Notes: a model not told the origin generated them from the sequence alone. 64,000 nt of DNA from the human T2T-CHM13v2.0 reference genome, Homo sapiens (GCF_009914755.1 NC_060925.1), one strand, 5' to 3'. Counted from the stretch's first letter, positions 24,831 to 40,298 are shown. Made by a program: numbers and translations.

Positions 24831-25444
24831 AATAGCAACACTGGAAGCTGCAGAGATGGGGGTCCAAGATCATGCCAATAATGCCAGCCCTCTCTAGAGC
24901 TGAGCTAGTCAGAAAGCTGGGTGAGGGCAGACCCTGTAGGGGCCATAATCTAAATCTCCCACAATTGAGGGACACAGATCTGTTTTTCCTTCTTACCCTT
25001 GAATGATTCCCAAAATGTTTTAACCAAAAAGTCAATATGGAAAGGACGAGTTGATTGGAACATTATAAACATCATTTAGGTTCTGAAGGTCAGGTGCCAT
25101 TTCTTAATACCCAATGTTTTCCTTGGGAAAATTTCAAAACTATGAAAGCTAATTATTCTCATTGTAGAAACTCTAGAGAATGTTTGGAAGATATATAAAA
25201 GTATTAGGAAGAAACAAATCACTTGTATAATACTTAGAAATAGCCATTGATAGTATTATATACATGTCCACATAAAGGAAGGCATCCTATAAATGTTAAG
25301 CAAAAAAGGAATTAAAATTGCATATGAACAGTGTATCATCTCATTTTAAGGTATTTTTTATTGTGGCAAAATGTGTGTAAATTTCCCTTTTAACTATGAA
25401 GAGCACAATTTGGTAGCAGTAACACCCCTTCAACTATTACCTAT

Positions 25445-26573
25445 CCCCATTGTGTGGGGCACAGGTGGGAGTCCAACAGCATATCTCTGGGAAATTCCAT
25501 GCCTATGATAGCTGCAAAAAGGCTAAGTTCAGCAACCAAAGCCTTATAAGAATAAAGTGATGAGGGCTCAGGGATGCAGAGCCAGCAGCTAGGAGTCTGC
25601 TGAGGTGTACTACAAGGTTCAAGAATTGTGGAAGGGACATGGCATCTGCTGTGCTTCTGTGGTATCCCCAAAGAATAAACCACAGATCAGAGGTCCATAA
25701 GGCTCCAGGTTTAGTGCCTACCATGGGAAGAAAGGTCTTTTCCTGTAACATAGTCATCTGCCCCCATGATAAAGCCCACAGCCCCCAGATTCCCTTCTGA
25801 AATAGCCCTAGGTCTTTAGATAAAGAGAATCTGGATTGCTCTACTAAGTAAGAACCCCAGGCCTCCCCAGGCACAAGCTGAACAGGAGGGAAACAAGGAT
25901 GGGTAGAGTGGAGGGAGGTGTTGACTGTCAGTTACAACCTGGGGACTACCTGTAATAGAGGAGACTGGATCTTGATTAATCCACCTGTACTAAGTCTTGT
26001 GGTGATTGCAGTGAGTAACCTCAAAGGCTGAAATGGAGTAGAAATAGTGATGGGCATGACTGGTAGAAAGGACGGACGGTATTAGATGTTTCTTGCTCTG
26101 CCTCCTGTCTTCTTGGCTTTCCTTTCATTTCACCCATTAACTCTCAACACCTCCTGTTTCCTGCTTTCTGCCCTAGGTCTTCCCTGGCACCTCAGAGTTA
26201 GGTCGATGGGTACTCACTCAATGCTCATGCTTAGGCTGACCTGGACATAGAGAGGGGTGATACCCATGAGTAACTCTTCACCAATGAGGAATGGAGTCAG
26301 TGGTTATATCCTCCCTTGCCCCCCAGTTCCACCTACTGAGTGGATAATTCTGAGGCACATTCTATACAGCTCCTCAGAGGCCCAGTGGGATTGAGCCCTG
26401 GCTGTTCAGTGATGAAATGGATGGTGCATCCTTGCATTGGCTTTCCTCTTTTTCTGTCTTACTGTTTCTATCTCCACAACTCCTCTCTTTCTTGAAATAA
26501 CTTTCCCAAATAAATTGCATGCTAGCAAGCCCTTATCTGAGTCTGTGCTTTCTAGGAGAACTCAGGCTAAGAT
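25445..26573 (+). mobile_element. ERVL 3' internal region, PPT-like tract and LTR16-family LTR (~26078-26573)
   Basis: LTR16 motifs GGATAATTCTGAGGCACATTCTATACAGCTCCTCAGAGG, TTCCCAAATAAA, end GAACTCAGGCTAAGATA. Purine tract AGAAAGGACGGA immediately 5' of the LTR. Confidence 0.75.
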
Positions 26574-26739
26574 AAGTAGTATGTATCCAACTCTGAATAT
26601 CATAAGCCTTTCTATATCAGTATAAAGTACATAAACATTTCTAATGGCTGTAACATAAGGCAGACTCTCAAGCCACACTGCCTGTCAGATGACTTCTTAA
26701 GTAACCTTGGACAAATCATTTAACTTTTTAATGTCAGTC

Positions 26740-27033
<294 letters not shown>

Positions 27034-28853
27034 GGTGTCAGTTTTCTTACATATAAAATGGATCATAGTAATAATCCTCATGCAGTTTGAGAGAATGTTA
27101 ATTCAGATTAAGTGCTTTAATCTTTGCCTGGCACAGAATTGCTAACACTTACATTGTGTTTTCTATTATTTTTATTATAGCAAATTGGCTAAATACAGTT
27201 TTTCTACTCTTTCCACAATTTTTTCACAGTGAAGCAAAGCACTGGGTGAACCATATTGGCATGAATTTGGTCTGCCAATAATGTTCGCTGAGTGAACAAA
27301 TCATATCTGAAATGCAGACATGATTTACACAGTATTTCCTTAGGATAGATTTCTAGAAGTAGGATTTCTGGGTCCAAATACCTCACGACTGTTGTTACTG
27401 TAAGCACTTAACACCCTTTCTTGTAATGGCCTATTTTTGTCTGTGATCCATAAGATGAAAGTTCTTCAGGTAGGAGCCAGGCCTTTTTGTTCTTCATTGA
27501 ATGCTTAGTACTTGACAAATTAAGGACCCCTTCTTTGTGCCAGACCTAATATTAAATGAATAAACACACAGAAGGTATTATATATATATATTTCTAAAGA
27601 GTTTTCAAAAATAGATGGCATATCTTTAATATATTTTTAGTAAGCTTGTAAAGTATAATAAAAATCTAAGTAGATTGATGAAGACATGTGGGACATTTAG
27701 TTAGAAACTCATACAAGACAGACATAGGATCTGAGTTTCCAAGAGCTGACACTCAGAATGTATTACTGTAATATAAACTTACTCATCTACCCCATTTAAA
27801 AACGTAAACAGGTTTCATTTTGCAACTGTGTCAATACCATGGGGCAGAAATGGATCCCATAAGAAAACAAACATTTGGCCTTCATAATTAAAAGTCAATA
27901 TTAGACGAAGACCCCAAGTAGGCCAGGCAATCACCTGCCTCCTCTTAGGCTCATGCCTTGAGGATTCCTCCCTTATATACTGTGGGAGAAACAGCTGCTT
28001 TGCTAAGGCTCACCTGGTTAGAATTTTTCATGGAGCGTGACTTTGAGAAAAAAGCCCAGTCAAGCAAAACTGTGCAAATTAATTTGGGTTTATGTTACCA
28101 AGTGTGTATTCTGACTGGTTGTCTGCAAAGGGGTCTGAGAGAAAATTGAAACATTAAGTGTCATATAAACAGAAAAAGTGACCACTTTGGAAGCAATAAA
28201 ATTAGTACCTTCTGGCAAATTAAACTCAGAGTTACAAAAGGATATTAAGTATAAACACAATGGATTGAATCAGACACAATATAAACGGCTACTAATTTGG
28301 AGATTGGTAGGATTTTAAAAACATCTAAGTTATTACTGAGCATTTGTATCCTATCATGATAGGTACTAGAGACATGGGGATAATGATTCATTCTCTTCTA
28401 TCAGGATTATATAGTTACAATATAATGCATATAAAACAAAGTGCAATGGGAACACACACCAAAGCAATTCGTTTTGCTTGTCATGAGTGGGGAGTGGTTA
28501 TGGAAACCTTTTATTTCCAGGTATAATGCAGACACAACGAGTCATCCTGCTCTTTGAGAGTCAACATTTTTTAGCTTAAGATGAGAAACTCACTGCCTTT
28601 CTAAACTTGAGATCTTGAATGGGAGGGTTTTGAAGAGGTTTATATTTTTTCTGGTTACAATGGCTATGGGTTCCTGATTCTAATGAATTAGACCATTTCA
28701 TCAATGCCTGGCTCCCACACGTTTTCTTCACATTGCATCACTCCTACACTGAAAACCACCCCATGCTTCACTCTTCTAAATACCACTGACACCAGCTATC
28801 TAGCATCAGACTTTTCCTAAATGACTGGAAAATAGAAGGGTCTCAAATTTTAG

Positions 28854-29222
28854 TGTCAAATCAAGTTTAGCCTAAAGCTTCCTCCTTGCATATTTTAATT
28901 TCAGCCTGAATGTTTCTCTGCACATCATGAACTGTAACCTAAATAGTTGTAAATAGACTGTAGCCTACTTTTGTGCCAGTCACCAAGTTTTGGCCATTCT
29001 AAAAGGTGGCCAACTGTTCAAACCTTGTTCAAATAAGGCAAATGCTGAGCTATAACCAATCCAGCCATTTCTGTAAGTCACTTTCCTTTTTCTGAACCAT
29101 AAATAATCTTCCACCACAGGGCTGTACTGGGGTCTCTGAGCCTACTCTGGCTCAGAAGGCTGCCCAACTCACAAATTGTTCTTTGTTCAATTAAACTCCT
29201 AATTCGGCTAAAGTTTTTAACA
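28854..29222 (+). mobile_element. MER57-family solo LTR (ERV1 class)
   Basis: TGTCAAATCAAGTTTAGCCTAAAGC...TAACCAATC...ATTAAA...TTTTTAACA; 4-bp flanks TTAG/GTAG (3/4 match). Confidence 0.88.
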
Positions 29223-29714
29223 GTAGCAATCACAACACCAACTCAAGTATTTAAACATTCTTATTCTTCAGTCTTGTGTCCATTTGGCCACTAGGAATTT
29301 GACCGTTTCTTACTCTTTTTGAGTCTACTTCTCACTGTTGTTCACCCTATACTCCCAATTCTTGTAGGTAAATAACTCCACATTAAGACTTTTTTCACTT
29401 TTTATAGATTTGAGGGGCGGTCATTGTAGTGTCTTAAATGTAGAGGGGGCATGATTTATTTCAGATAATGGCATAACAGGACAAATGGCAGGGACATGGG
29501 GATCTGAAATAATTCTTTTCAAACCCTAAATCTAGTCTGAAATTTATAACCAGGGATGAATTGGCAACAGCTGAGCCTTGGTGTCCTCAAATTAAAAATG
29601 AGGACATGATGAGCTATCTCACAAAGTTGTCATAAGATTTGATAACATGGTATTTGTGCAGGGGGAGATGCATGAACAGGGATAAAACCTTGAGATTTTA
29701 GGAAAAGACTGAAA

Positions 29715-29955
29715 CAATCTGGCAAGCTGTGGCCCAATGAGACCCATAGACAAATGGAGTTTTGTGTTTGTTTCTTGGCATACTCATACGTTAAATTAAA
29801 GACACTTAAAAAATTAGAATATTTCCCACAGAAGTTTGGGCATTCAGCATTTTGAAAGGTCCAAAGATCTAAAAAGTTGGTCCAGGCCTGTACTACTAGC
29901 TGCCCTGTTACACTGGGGTGGCTTTACTCCTTTCTGTTGACTGCCCCATCAGCTT
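29715..29955 (+). mobile_element. hAT-Charlie DNA transposon fragment (MER102-like)
   Basis: GGCAAGCTGTGGCCC start; TTGAAAGG...AAGATCT...AGCTGCCC internal motifs. Confidence 0.45.
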
Positions 29956-30959
29956 TTAGGGTTGCGCTCCTACCCTGTGTGCGATTCCAGGGATCTTGTT
30001 ATGGAAGGCAAATATCAAAATATCTGGTCCAATGAAAATGCATACAGTCATGAAAATATCAGGACCAAACCACTGAAACAGATTCTCATGGGACTTCGAA
30101 ATATATGGTTGCTGGAATAGTGTCATGGTAGCAGCTAAAAGGTAATAAAGGTAGATAGGGATGGGATAGAGACTAAACATTAAGTTCGGATGAAACTCAG
30201 CAATACTGCAACACAGTCACTTAGGCATAACTGACCTGTTTGATGAGGGCTTTACAGCAACAAGAGCTATAGTTCAGTTTCTAGGACTCTAAGTTCCTTC
30301 TTGCCCTGTTTCCTCTTATCTTATCAAAACACAGTTTCAGCAGCTAGAGAATGCAGGTAGGTAGAGGCCTCTCTGTTGGCTGATTCCTTCCATATGTGGG
30401 TTATTTCATTTTCCAAGGGGCCCTAGGGTTTGGGAAAACTACTTGTCCAGTGTAATCACCTATGAGCTAGTATAAACTCAAGCTTTGCTGCAATTTATTA
30501 GTCACTGACGTGCCAAGAGAGAAAAAAAAAAGGTTGGAAGAAACTAAGAAAACAGCCGTTTGAGATTCTAGTCTAAGGTTCATTTGAGCATGTTTGGGGT
30601 TTAAAAAATATTAGATCTATTTCTATCAGCATCCATGCAACATCCTGCACAGAGTGATATTTTAAAGCCAATATGGCTTCAGTGAGCCCACATTTCCAAA
30701 ACAGCCCCAAATGGGTTTTAGCAACAAGCCTCTGACCCCCAGCAATATCGGTGTTTGAAGCCCTCTGAGAAATCAAGGCAACAGGCCTGTTTTAGTGTTG
30801 CTCTGTAAATTCTGAATGGCACAGAGCATCTTTTAGAAGTAGAAAGCTGGTACGCCCTAAAGCAGATGAATGTCTTTCTTGAAAACTAAGTAGTCATCAC
30901 ATTAGTGCTGAGTAGTTTCTTAAAAATCTTCCTTTTAAAAAGTAGGGGAATGTAGGCTT

Positions 30960-31260
30960 AGAGAATAAATTTCATTCGGCAAGCTGAGTCCTTACTGCGT
31001 GTGGCACTGTGACATAGTGGAAGAAGAACTCTTGTTGTCATGGAGCTTAGAGACTGGCAGATGAGTCATACATGATAAATAAATGTAAGACAAAGACTAC
31101 AATCAGTACCATAAAAAAGTATATCATAGACATGTTTGATCCGAGACGGAAGGTTCCAGAGTAAGTGACAACTAAGCAGAGATCTTAAAGATGTGGGAAG
31201 TAAGTAGACAAAGCAAGTGGGAGGCAGATGGGTGACCTGCCAGCGGATAAAGAGTGAGGG
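30960..31260 (-). mobile_element. L2 3' fragment
   Basis: TTCATTCGGCAAGCTGAGTCCTTACTG...GGCACTGTG...TCATGGAGCTTAGAGACTGG. Confidence 0.55.
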
Positions 31261-34200
31261 GATTTGGCTTCTGGGCAGTGGTGGAGGGAATGCCCTGTGC
31301 CAAGTTCTTTATTCTTACCCTCCAACACTTATGCTCCTCCAAACTATTAGAATGTTGCTACTCTCCTACCTCTATCTTTGTGCTGTGCACTATCCCAGGC
31401 TCTGCAAATGCTTAATTCCAAAGTCCAGTCAACAGATTATAATTACTGAAATGTCTGCTTTGTCACACTTACTTGCTTATTTTTTGGTAGAAATGCTAGC
31501 TAACAGGAAATCTTCCAAAAGACTTTTCAAAACTTCTAAATTCATAATGAAAAAAAAAAAGAAACTCCTTGTCTAATTGGATTTTAAAACATTTTTTGTC
31601 CATTTTAAATTGCTTGTCAGAGAAGTCATTGACCAATAAGACAATATGTAGAATCTCCCATTCAGTTCTTATGTTGTTATATGGGACCAAAGTCACTGAA
31701 AAATATTAACAATCAGCCCTGTGATGGGAGGCAACTGGATATCTTGGACCCCTTTTTAGATCACTGGACAGTTCATTAGTGAGAATGTTAACAGGATTAA
31801 GCAAATGTTTCTGCTAAGTCAGCTCTAGCCAATTATATTGCTTTTGGCTAAGGACATCACAAATCACACTGAGCATAGGGTAGGTATTCTGTATTTTAAT
31901 AATCATGTTGAAATATTCACACTCAAAAATACTAACCTTGTTAAAAGAATTAGGTCCACAAGAAGAACCCATTCATTGTATTGTCACTTTAAAAATAGTG
32001 ATAAAAAATCTTAGCTCTCATTTTAGAAGAAATTGATATCTGATGTGCATATCAGTCTAATGTACATATCAGTATCTCATAATAGGTTACTTTCTCTGAG
32101 ATAGTGGGTACTGGTTAAAAACCACCTTAAAACTAGTCATGATTCTGAATTCTCTGGTAGAATTAAGATTAATTATAATCCAAGTAAAGTTGAGTTGCCT
32201 AGTGGTTCAGCCTTAGAAGAATGTCACATTTAAGAAAAAAAGTCAGTAATTATTTCACATTTTTAGAAGTACTTCAAAAATGCAAAAGGTAGAGGTTCTA
32301 TATGTTGCCACATGTTCTAGAGATTCCCCCCATTTCTCTCACATGCAGAGATGTTTGGCAGTCTCTTCCCTTGTTCCAGACTTTCCATATTTTCAAACCT
32401 GGACCTTCAGTGGCTCACATCTAACTTACTCTCTGGATGTTAGTTTCTCTTCTGCCACTAAATGCTTGCCCTCTCCAATATAAATTATTACCCTGGTCAT
32501 GCAGTGCCTCAGTTCTCTCCCATGCTAATTAACCAAATTCTGCAAAACAGAGGGTTCAGGAACTAAGCTGATAAAGACTGAATTCTCCTGGAAAGGATAT
32601 GTGACAGAGGGAGAGAGTATGACTGAAGCAAAGGGACTGTGAATATTTACATTAACTTTTTCCCTGTCAGTTTTAGAGGTCCATCTATTCCAGAGTATTG
32701 TAAATTCCCTTAGTAAAAAGAATGAGCTTTGACTGTGCATATAATGGTTCCTAGGCAATTTAATTAAACACTATACTAGAAATTGGGTATACAAATAAGC
32801 CTGTTGGAAACCATTTTAAAATTTGGTCCGTGGAGTCTTCTGATAGTCATTAACTCAAGAAACAGTCACTGAGCACCTAGCATGTGGGTCTTGGGAATTG
32901 AGATAATCAAATAACCCCTGCCCTTGAGCAGCTTTCATTTCATTATGGCCCATTAAAACATCACCTTCCTCTGGGACTGTAAATATTAAGAGCCCTTCTT
33001 TAACCTCAAACAGCCAAGACAGCACTCTAAGGTCAGAGGAAGGTTGTCTGGGAAGCATTGTTTTGTCATCTTAAAGGGGCAGCATTTATTCACATGTAAC
33101 CATACTCAATGCCTATATAAGAGCTGCCCTTGGCTGGTGCTCTGAACCACTCAATTATTCCTATGTTAAAATCTGTTTGATCCTCCTTGCTCCTGAGCCA
33201 GCTGCCCTAATTACATGAAACTACTCCAGCTCCTTTTAAGATGGTTCCTGGAAACCCAGTTAGCCAACTAGAGTAACTGACTAGATTCCTTCATTCTTGC
33301 CCCATACTTATTTTATAAATATCTGAGCAACAGACCTAGGAGAACCATTGTGGATGATGCTTGTAAAACAAACAATGTATTTGAGCTTCTCATAGTAAGG
33401 ATTGGCCTGATTAAGTGAATAGGGGAAGTCAGAGCATGAGACATGTCATACTTTGTTAGATACCAAAGCCAATAAATGTTAAGTGCTAGGAGATATGAGA
33501 TTCCAAATTCTTATAAAATCATATAAAAGAGGGAATTGACTCAGTTTGCCGGAAAGGGGGCAGTCATTGTCATGGAAAAGGCTCAAAAAAAAAAAAAGTG
33601 TTAATGAAGGATAGGTGGGAAATTCACCAAACCAAGAGCAGGCAGAAGATGCCTAAAACTAAGTGAGCCAGTGTTCCCTAGAGAGCAGAGCCTGCAACAA
33701 GAGTTAAAATGGTGACGATTTAATTAAAGAGTGCAAAACTAGGGCAGCAAGGATGAGGCAGAAGGGATGTGAGGCAAGGAAGTATTGAAGCAATGTGAAG
33801 TGATACATGGTCATGCTGGCAACTGCTTTATGATAAACTGAAGAGACACAGCATATTGCTTGGCACGTGTTGCCTGGCATGTGGGACTTCTCCGGAGAAG
33901 CCATGAGAAAAAAACTGCACCTGACAATAATTTATGATGGAACAGATTTTATCTCCCCAGTGAGCTCCCATGTCCTGTTTCCTCTTGGTCAAAATTTGCC
34001 ATACAGAAGTTGTGTCATCTGGATCCTCTTTCAGCTACTTAGGCAGCCAGACCCCATGCCCTCAGTTGTGATGATTTACCCTAGACTAGAAATATCAAGT
34101 GGAGCCAGAAACTCCAGGCATGCAGCTGGTCAGCCTGGCTATGGTGTGGCAACTCTGGCATTCTTAGAGCAAGTGACTTGTTGGCCTCAGGTGGATCCTA

Positions 34201-34369
34201 GGGTTGTTAGTCAAGCTGAGCAGAACAAGCTGCTGTGAGTCCAGGGAGTGGGTGGAATCAAGAGAATCTGGGAAGGTTCATAAAGTTTGTTTGATACAAG
34301 TCTGCTGTGACTGGACAGCAAAGAACATCCATAAATCTTTCTAGTTATTTCCCCACATTGGCTACCAGC

Positions 34370-34676
<307 letters not shown>

Positions 34677-35409
34677 TAAATACCTTCTCCTGTCTCAAAT
34701 TACCAAACGGTCTCCCAGACCCAGATCAGCCCACGCATATGAAGTCCAGCCCCTTCCGGCTTTGAGACATATCATATGTTGCACAAAGCCTGCCTGGCAA
34801 TTGGATTTGTGGAATGAGATGGACATCAACATGCATGCTTACTGCACGATTGTTCATTCCCTGCAAATGAGTCATAACCTTTCCCATCAGTGCTGGGCTC
34901 CATCTCCTTGTTCTGTCCATTGAGTACTCTCCATCTCTCAAAGTCCATTTAAGACTAGAACAGAGTAAATCCAAGTAAACATGGTACTTTGAGAGATGCA
35001 AATACCTCACTTTCACTAGCACCAGTCATGGCTAGAAAAGGGACTGGGAGTTTGAGATGGGCCCAAATGAACTTTGATAGAATGGTCAATATTTGATGAA
35101 ATGTAATTTGTACCATCTTTGGAATTGAGGGATAACTAGAAATATCCAGACATCAGATTGATGTGCCTAGCTCCAATAGAAATGCTAGGTTAGAGCTGTG
35201 CACACAGCTGGAGCTGAATGGACACCTCCAGAGTGCCATTTCTAGTTTACTGTGACCATCTAAGATTCCATTGATGGTTATCTTATTCTCGTCTTCCTGA
35301 CCAGGCCTACCCTTCTCCAGCCAGGCCAGATAAAGAGGGTGGTGAGATAGGGCAACAAAGCAGTGTGAGTCCTACTACTGTAAGAGATAGCCTGGGCAAT
35401 CGGCAGAAA

Positions 35410-35555
35410 TACTGCTGTGGAAAGGGAAAAGGCTTTGAATCTTATCCAGGTTCAAGATCAGATTTGCATCTTACTAAATGAGTAATTCAGTTAACCTCTC
35501 AGGATCTCAGTTTTATCATCCGGCAAATTAAGTGTTGGATTAACTTCTGCATCTC
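35410..35555 (+). mobile_element. MIR fragment
   Basis: GGCTTTGAATC...GGTTCAAGATC...TTAACCTCTC..GATCTCAGTTTTATCATC. Confidence 0.6.
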
Positions 35556-35958
35556 AAAGGAAGGCAGAAGACTGTTGTTTTGATTGAAGTACCTTGCCTT
35601 AGGCCGTGTTCCTTTGAAGCAGAGCCAGAAAGACTATTCTTGTAAAAGCGACTTAGTGATGAAATACCCGAAGAATAGAGCAGAACTTCAAAGATGTGAT
35701 GTCAATTGAAGTTAAATCTCAGCCTTCTTTCTATGAAGGGCACTGGAGTATAAGTGGTATTACAGAGTTGTCCCACCTTGGGGCAAGGGGATTGTGTTAT
35801 CTTTTATTGGTATAGGCTGTAGACTGCCCTAAAGAGGGCAAGTGTAATCTCCTAGGGACTTCAGGAAGATGTAGAAATTCCCTAGAGAAGGAGGCTGTTA
35901 TGAGCTCTAAGCAAACAAAGCAGCTAGAAGATGCTTGTACCAGTAAAAAAGATCTGGG

Positions 35959-36334
<376 letters not shown>

Positions 36335-37324
36335 TCACATGAAGTTTACTCAATTCTGGCACAGTTTCTCTAGGATTCTGGTTGGTGACAATTTCTGGGG
36401 AAACTTAGAAGGGCAATATTGGTGGGATGAATGAGACCCTCCACTGCTATGACTGAGCCAAAAGCCAGTAATATACATATTTTTCTCTTCTACCACCTAA
36501 CTATATTCTGCTTCCACTTGGCTATGCAATTCCACTAGTCTAGATGGGTGTAACTGATGTGATGTGAACTCTCTGAAGAATCTTGGACCCTGGTTACTAT
36601 ACCCTTATCAGGCCATTATTCCTGTGCTTGACCACGTAGAGCGACAATGACCATGGAAATACCAAAAGATGCCACAGTCAATTATCTGGGTGCTGAACTT
36701 TTTCATCTGCCTTTATCGTGAGGCTACAGTTTCTATCTCGTCATGATGAGCAGGACTGATAGTAGTTAGCTTACAGCATGATAACTCCTTGTACAGGCAC
36801 AGGGATCCCAAAGTGACCAGGCATCAGTCATAGTGTTAAGATTAGTGGGACTCTGTTCTTTAGTGGAAACATTCCACATGAGAACTAGGATCTCCTGATC
36901 CATAAATCCTGAAGTTACAGAGAATCACAAGTCCCCAAATAAATCACTGGGAATGTTGGTGAGAGGGACATTTCTATTTCTACCTCTTGATTCCCGGACT
37001 CATGTGCTTTACTAGTAAGAACCTAGTACCATATAGTGACTGTGGGTTCAGGGTATATTCTGTATCCAGAAGGATAGTATGGTAGGTATCATCTTGAGCT
37101 GGCACTTCAGCTGTACCTGTAAGAGGTTGCTTCACTACTCTATCAGGTCAGCAAGCTTCTGGGTGGTATGTTGTATGGTAGAGTCAGTTGGCTCTATGCA
37201 CATGTGCTCATGTGGATCTGACCTTCACTCCTGGAATTCAGTGCCTTATGCCAGGTTTCCCAAATCCAGCCATTCTTGTGCAAGTGATTTAAGGGAATGC
37301 TTTCAAGAGAAATCCGTAAGGAGC

Positions 37325-37701
37325 TGTGTTAGTCCATTTGCATTGCTATAAAGGAATAACTAAGACTGAGTAATTTATAAAGAGGTTTATTTGGCTCATG
37401 GTTCTGCAACTTGTACAAGCATGGAACCAGCATCTGCTTGGCTTCTGACGAAGCCCAGGAAGGTTTCCCTCATGGTGGAAGGCAAAGGGGGAGCAGGTAT
37501 AATGCATGCAAGAGAGGGAGCAACAGAGATGCCAGACTCAAACTATCAGCTCTTGCATGAACTGAGTGAGAACTCACTTATTATCATGGGAAGGGCACCA
37601 AGCCATTTATGAGAGATCCACTCTCATGATCAAAACACCCCAACATTGTGGATCATATTTCAACATGAGGTTTGGAGGACATAAACATCCAAACCGTATC
37701 A
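37325..37701 (-). mobile_element. MST (MSTA/B) MaLR solo LTR in the provirus 5' LTR
   Basis: TGTGTTAGTCCATTTGCATTGCTATAAAGGAATA...CATCCAAACCGTATCA; flanks GGAGC/GGAGG (4/5). Confidence 0.9.
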
Positions 37702-38621
37702 GGAGGTAAGGGGGGAAATTAGGGCAGAGGAAGGGGTAAGCAAAGATATGGTTTCAGCTGAAGTTTACTTGAACGTGACCCCTTGATCTCTGAATGGTAC
37801 CATAGTCATGGCACAGTAACATGAATGGTACTATAGTAATGTCCAACCCTGAGGCAAGGGATCTGTGCTTTTGTATCTTGAAACCAGGCAGTGCTTGGTC
37901 TTGAGCCACTCTGGGGCCAGCACAGCAAGACGAAGTGGCTTTCATCAGCTGAGGGCAGTTTTCTGGAGAAGTATGCATCTGAGCCATTAGCAGCCCCTAC
38001 TCATGCCAGCCCAGGAAAGAAGATCTGGGTGAGGTCTAACAGTTGACTCTACCATATCTTGTCACCATATCTTGAAGGGTTTGGATTACCTTGGGGTGAC
38101 TGTCAGTCACTAAGCGTGAAGGAGCCCCATTCCAACCTCCAAATCTGGGAAATCTAGGCAGTTGTAAGACTAGAATATCTCTACTTCCTCACTGTACTAT
38201 CACTTGATCTAGCCAACAGCATATTTGTTAAATCTTGACTGTGGCAGACATGATATGTTTTAGAGATACAGAAATAAATCAAACAATCTTGCTCTTATAA
38301 GCACTCCATTTCTAGCATTTTATAGACAGCATTAACTAAGATTTTGTACAGCAACTCAAGTCCTACAATCTACCAGTCACAAAGCCATCATCAGGGCAGG
38401 GCATTAAATATTATAGTCACCAGATGTTTTCATAGCCCTGTCTGATGTTTGCCTCTATCAGCTTCCTGATCTGATTATTCTGGACGATTCTGACTTCTCT
38501 GCTTGGGCTTTTCCATTAAGTCAGCACAAGTAGTGATGATAGCAGCTTACACTTGAGAGGTACTTCAAGCACATTAAGTACTAAAATGATAAACACTTTT
38601 AGCATCCTGGATGGTAACCTA

Positions 38622-38792
38622 CAATGAAGTTTCTCAAAGTATGGCCCACCTCAAATAACTAGGAGTACTTTTTAGAAACAGATTTTGGGGCTCTTTTCCA
38701 GAATTACTTAAATTAGAATCTTTAGGGCTCTGATTCTCAGATCTTTAGTGTTGCATTTTAAGCACAGTTAAGATATGAGAGTCACTTGCTAG
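38622..38792. mobile_element. MER5-type hAT MITE inside a MIR (~38535-38845)
   Basis: GTTTCTCAAAGTATGG...CCAGAATTACTAAATTAGAATCT...TGAGAGTCACT. Confidence 0.6.
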
Positions 38793-38849
38793 AAAGTAGG
38801 TAATTTATAGCTCTTCCTTTTTGTGACAGATGAGGAAACTGGCTTTGGG

Positions 38850-39062
38850 CTTCTTAAGTCAACCTCATACCATTGACATTTTGGACCAGATAATTCTTCA
38901 TTGTAGGGGGCTGTCTCATGCACTTTAAGACTTTTAGCAGCATCTCTGGCCTCTGTTCCCTAGAGTCAGTAATGTCTCTCCAAGTGTGACAACCAAAAGG
39001 TATCTCTAGTCATCATTATGTCCCTTGAGGAGCAAAATTGCCATGTACATCTCTACTGTTCT
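38850..39062 (+). mobile_element. MER20 hAT-Charlie DNA transposon
   Basis: TTGACATTTTGGACCAGATAATTCTT..TTGTAGGGGGCTGTC...AGCAGCATCTCTGGCCTCT...GTGACAACCAAAA. Confidence 0.85.
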
Positions 39063-39479
39063 AAGGTATGGTATCTCGTGAGCAATAATTATCCACAAAT
39101 TTTTCTATCAGATGGACTTTTTGAATCCTGGCATTACTCATTTGTCGTACAGTCTTAAGGAAGCAACTCAACTCAAAGAACCTTTGTAATCACCATGTGA
39201 AAAAGGCAGGAAGAATATAGCCACAGATTCAAGGGGGTAACTTGTACCTCTTACCACATCCTCAGATTCTTCCCTCTTCCTCCCTATGGGTTATAGCAAA
39301 TACTTGTACCACCTATGAAAAACAGGCTGCTTGCTATGCCAAGAGGGCATCAAGACATGTCTTCTCTATCCCATCCCCCTTTGTATTTTTGTTGCCCACA
39401 TAACCCTCGTGAATAGAAATATTGAGTCAGTATGGGTAGTATTAATAGTTCCTCAAAAACAGAAGATGGAAATAGAATA

Positions 39480-39915
39480 AAGCAGGCATTGTTGGTGCCC
39501 ACTTTTATCTCTTAGAATTTACTGTTTTATTGTGTTTCACTCCACTTCCAACTTCCAGCACCTACATGTCTATGTTCAGAAGCTGCCTTGATGCCACATG
39601 CGGGAGGCTGGAAACGCTGAAGGATGACCACTGCTCAGCAGCAGTCTACCAGTGATGGATGAGAGTTGGTGCACAAATACCCCAGCTCCCTTGCCTCTCA
39701 GTTTGGATAATCCTGAAAAGGTGTGTACTATGCTATTTCTGAGATTAAGCCCTAGTTACCCATAGTGGTAGCTAAATATAGTAGTTGGCTGTATTCTCCA
39801 TCACTTCTTGAATCCCCTGCCAGTGTTCTCTGCACCTCCTTAATAAACCACTTGAAACAAAAATCAAGTCTTTCTTTCTCTCACGGTCTGCATCTTGGGG
39901 AACACAAACTAAGAC
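39480..39915 (+). mobile_element. LTR16-family solo LTR
   Basis: AAATACCCCAGCTCCCTTGCC...GGATAATCCTGA...AATAAACCACTTG...GGGGAACACAAACTAAGACA. Confidence 0.75.
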
Positions 39916-40138
39916 ACAGTCTCAAAAAAGTTAACATTTGTAAAACATCTAGTTTATTTTTTCATCTTACCCTACAAGTAATAAAAAAGACAAAAAAAAC
40001 CAAAACAAAACACCTTTCATGGGAGAGGGGACATTCAACTAAGATGCTTTGAGTTGCTTTTCCTGTTAACGTTATGCCAAATTTAGAAGAAAAGAATGCC
40101 AGAAGAGGGCAGAGGATATGTATTATGTCTATATCTTC

Positions 40139-40298
40139 GAGACATGAGGTCTTGCTATGTTCCCCAGGCTAGAATGCAGTGGCTATTCATAAGCAGAATC
40201 ATAGCACACTGTGGCCTTGGATTCCTGGCCTCAAGGGATCCTTCCTCCTCAGCCTCCTGAGTTCCTTAGACTATAGGCATGTGGTGCTGCACCCAGCT
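40139..40298 (-). mobile_element. FAM (fossil Alu monomer)
   Basis: Monomer retaining the 7SL-derived GTGGCTATTCA.A.GC..ATCATAGC.CACT segment. Confidence 0.78.
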
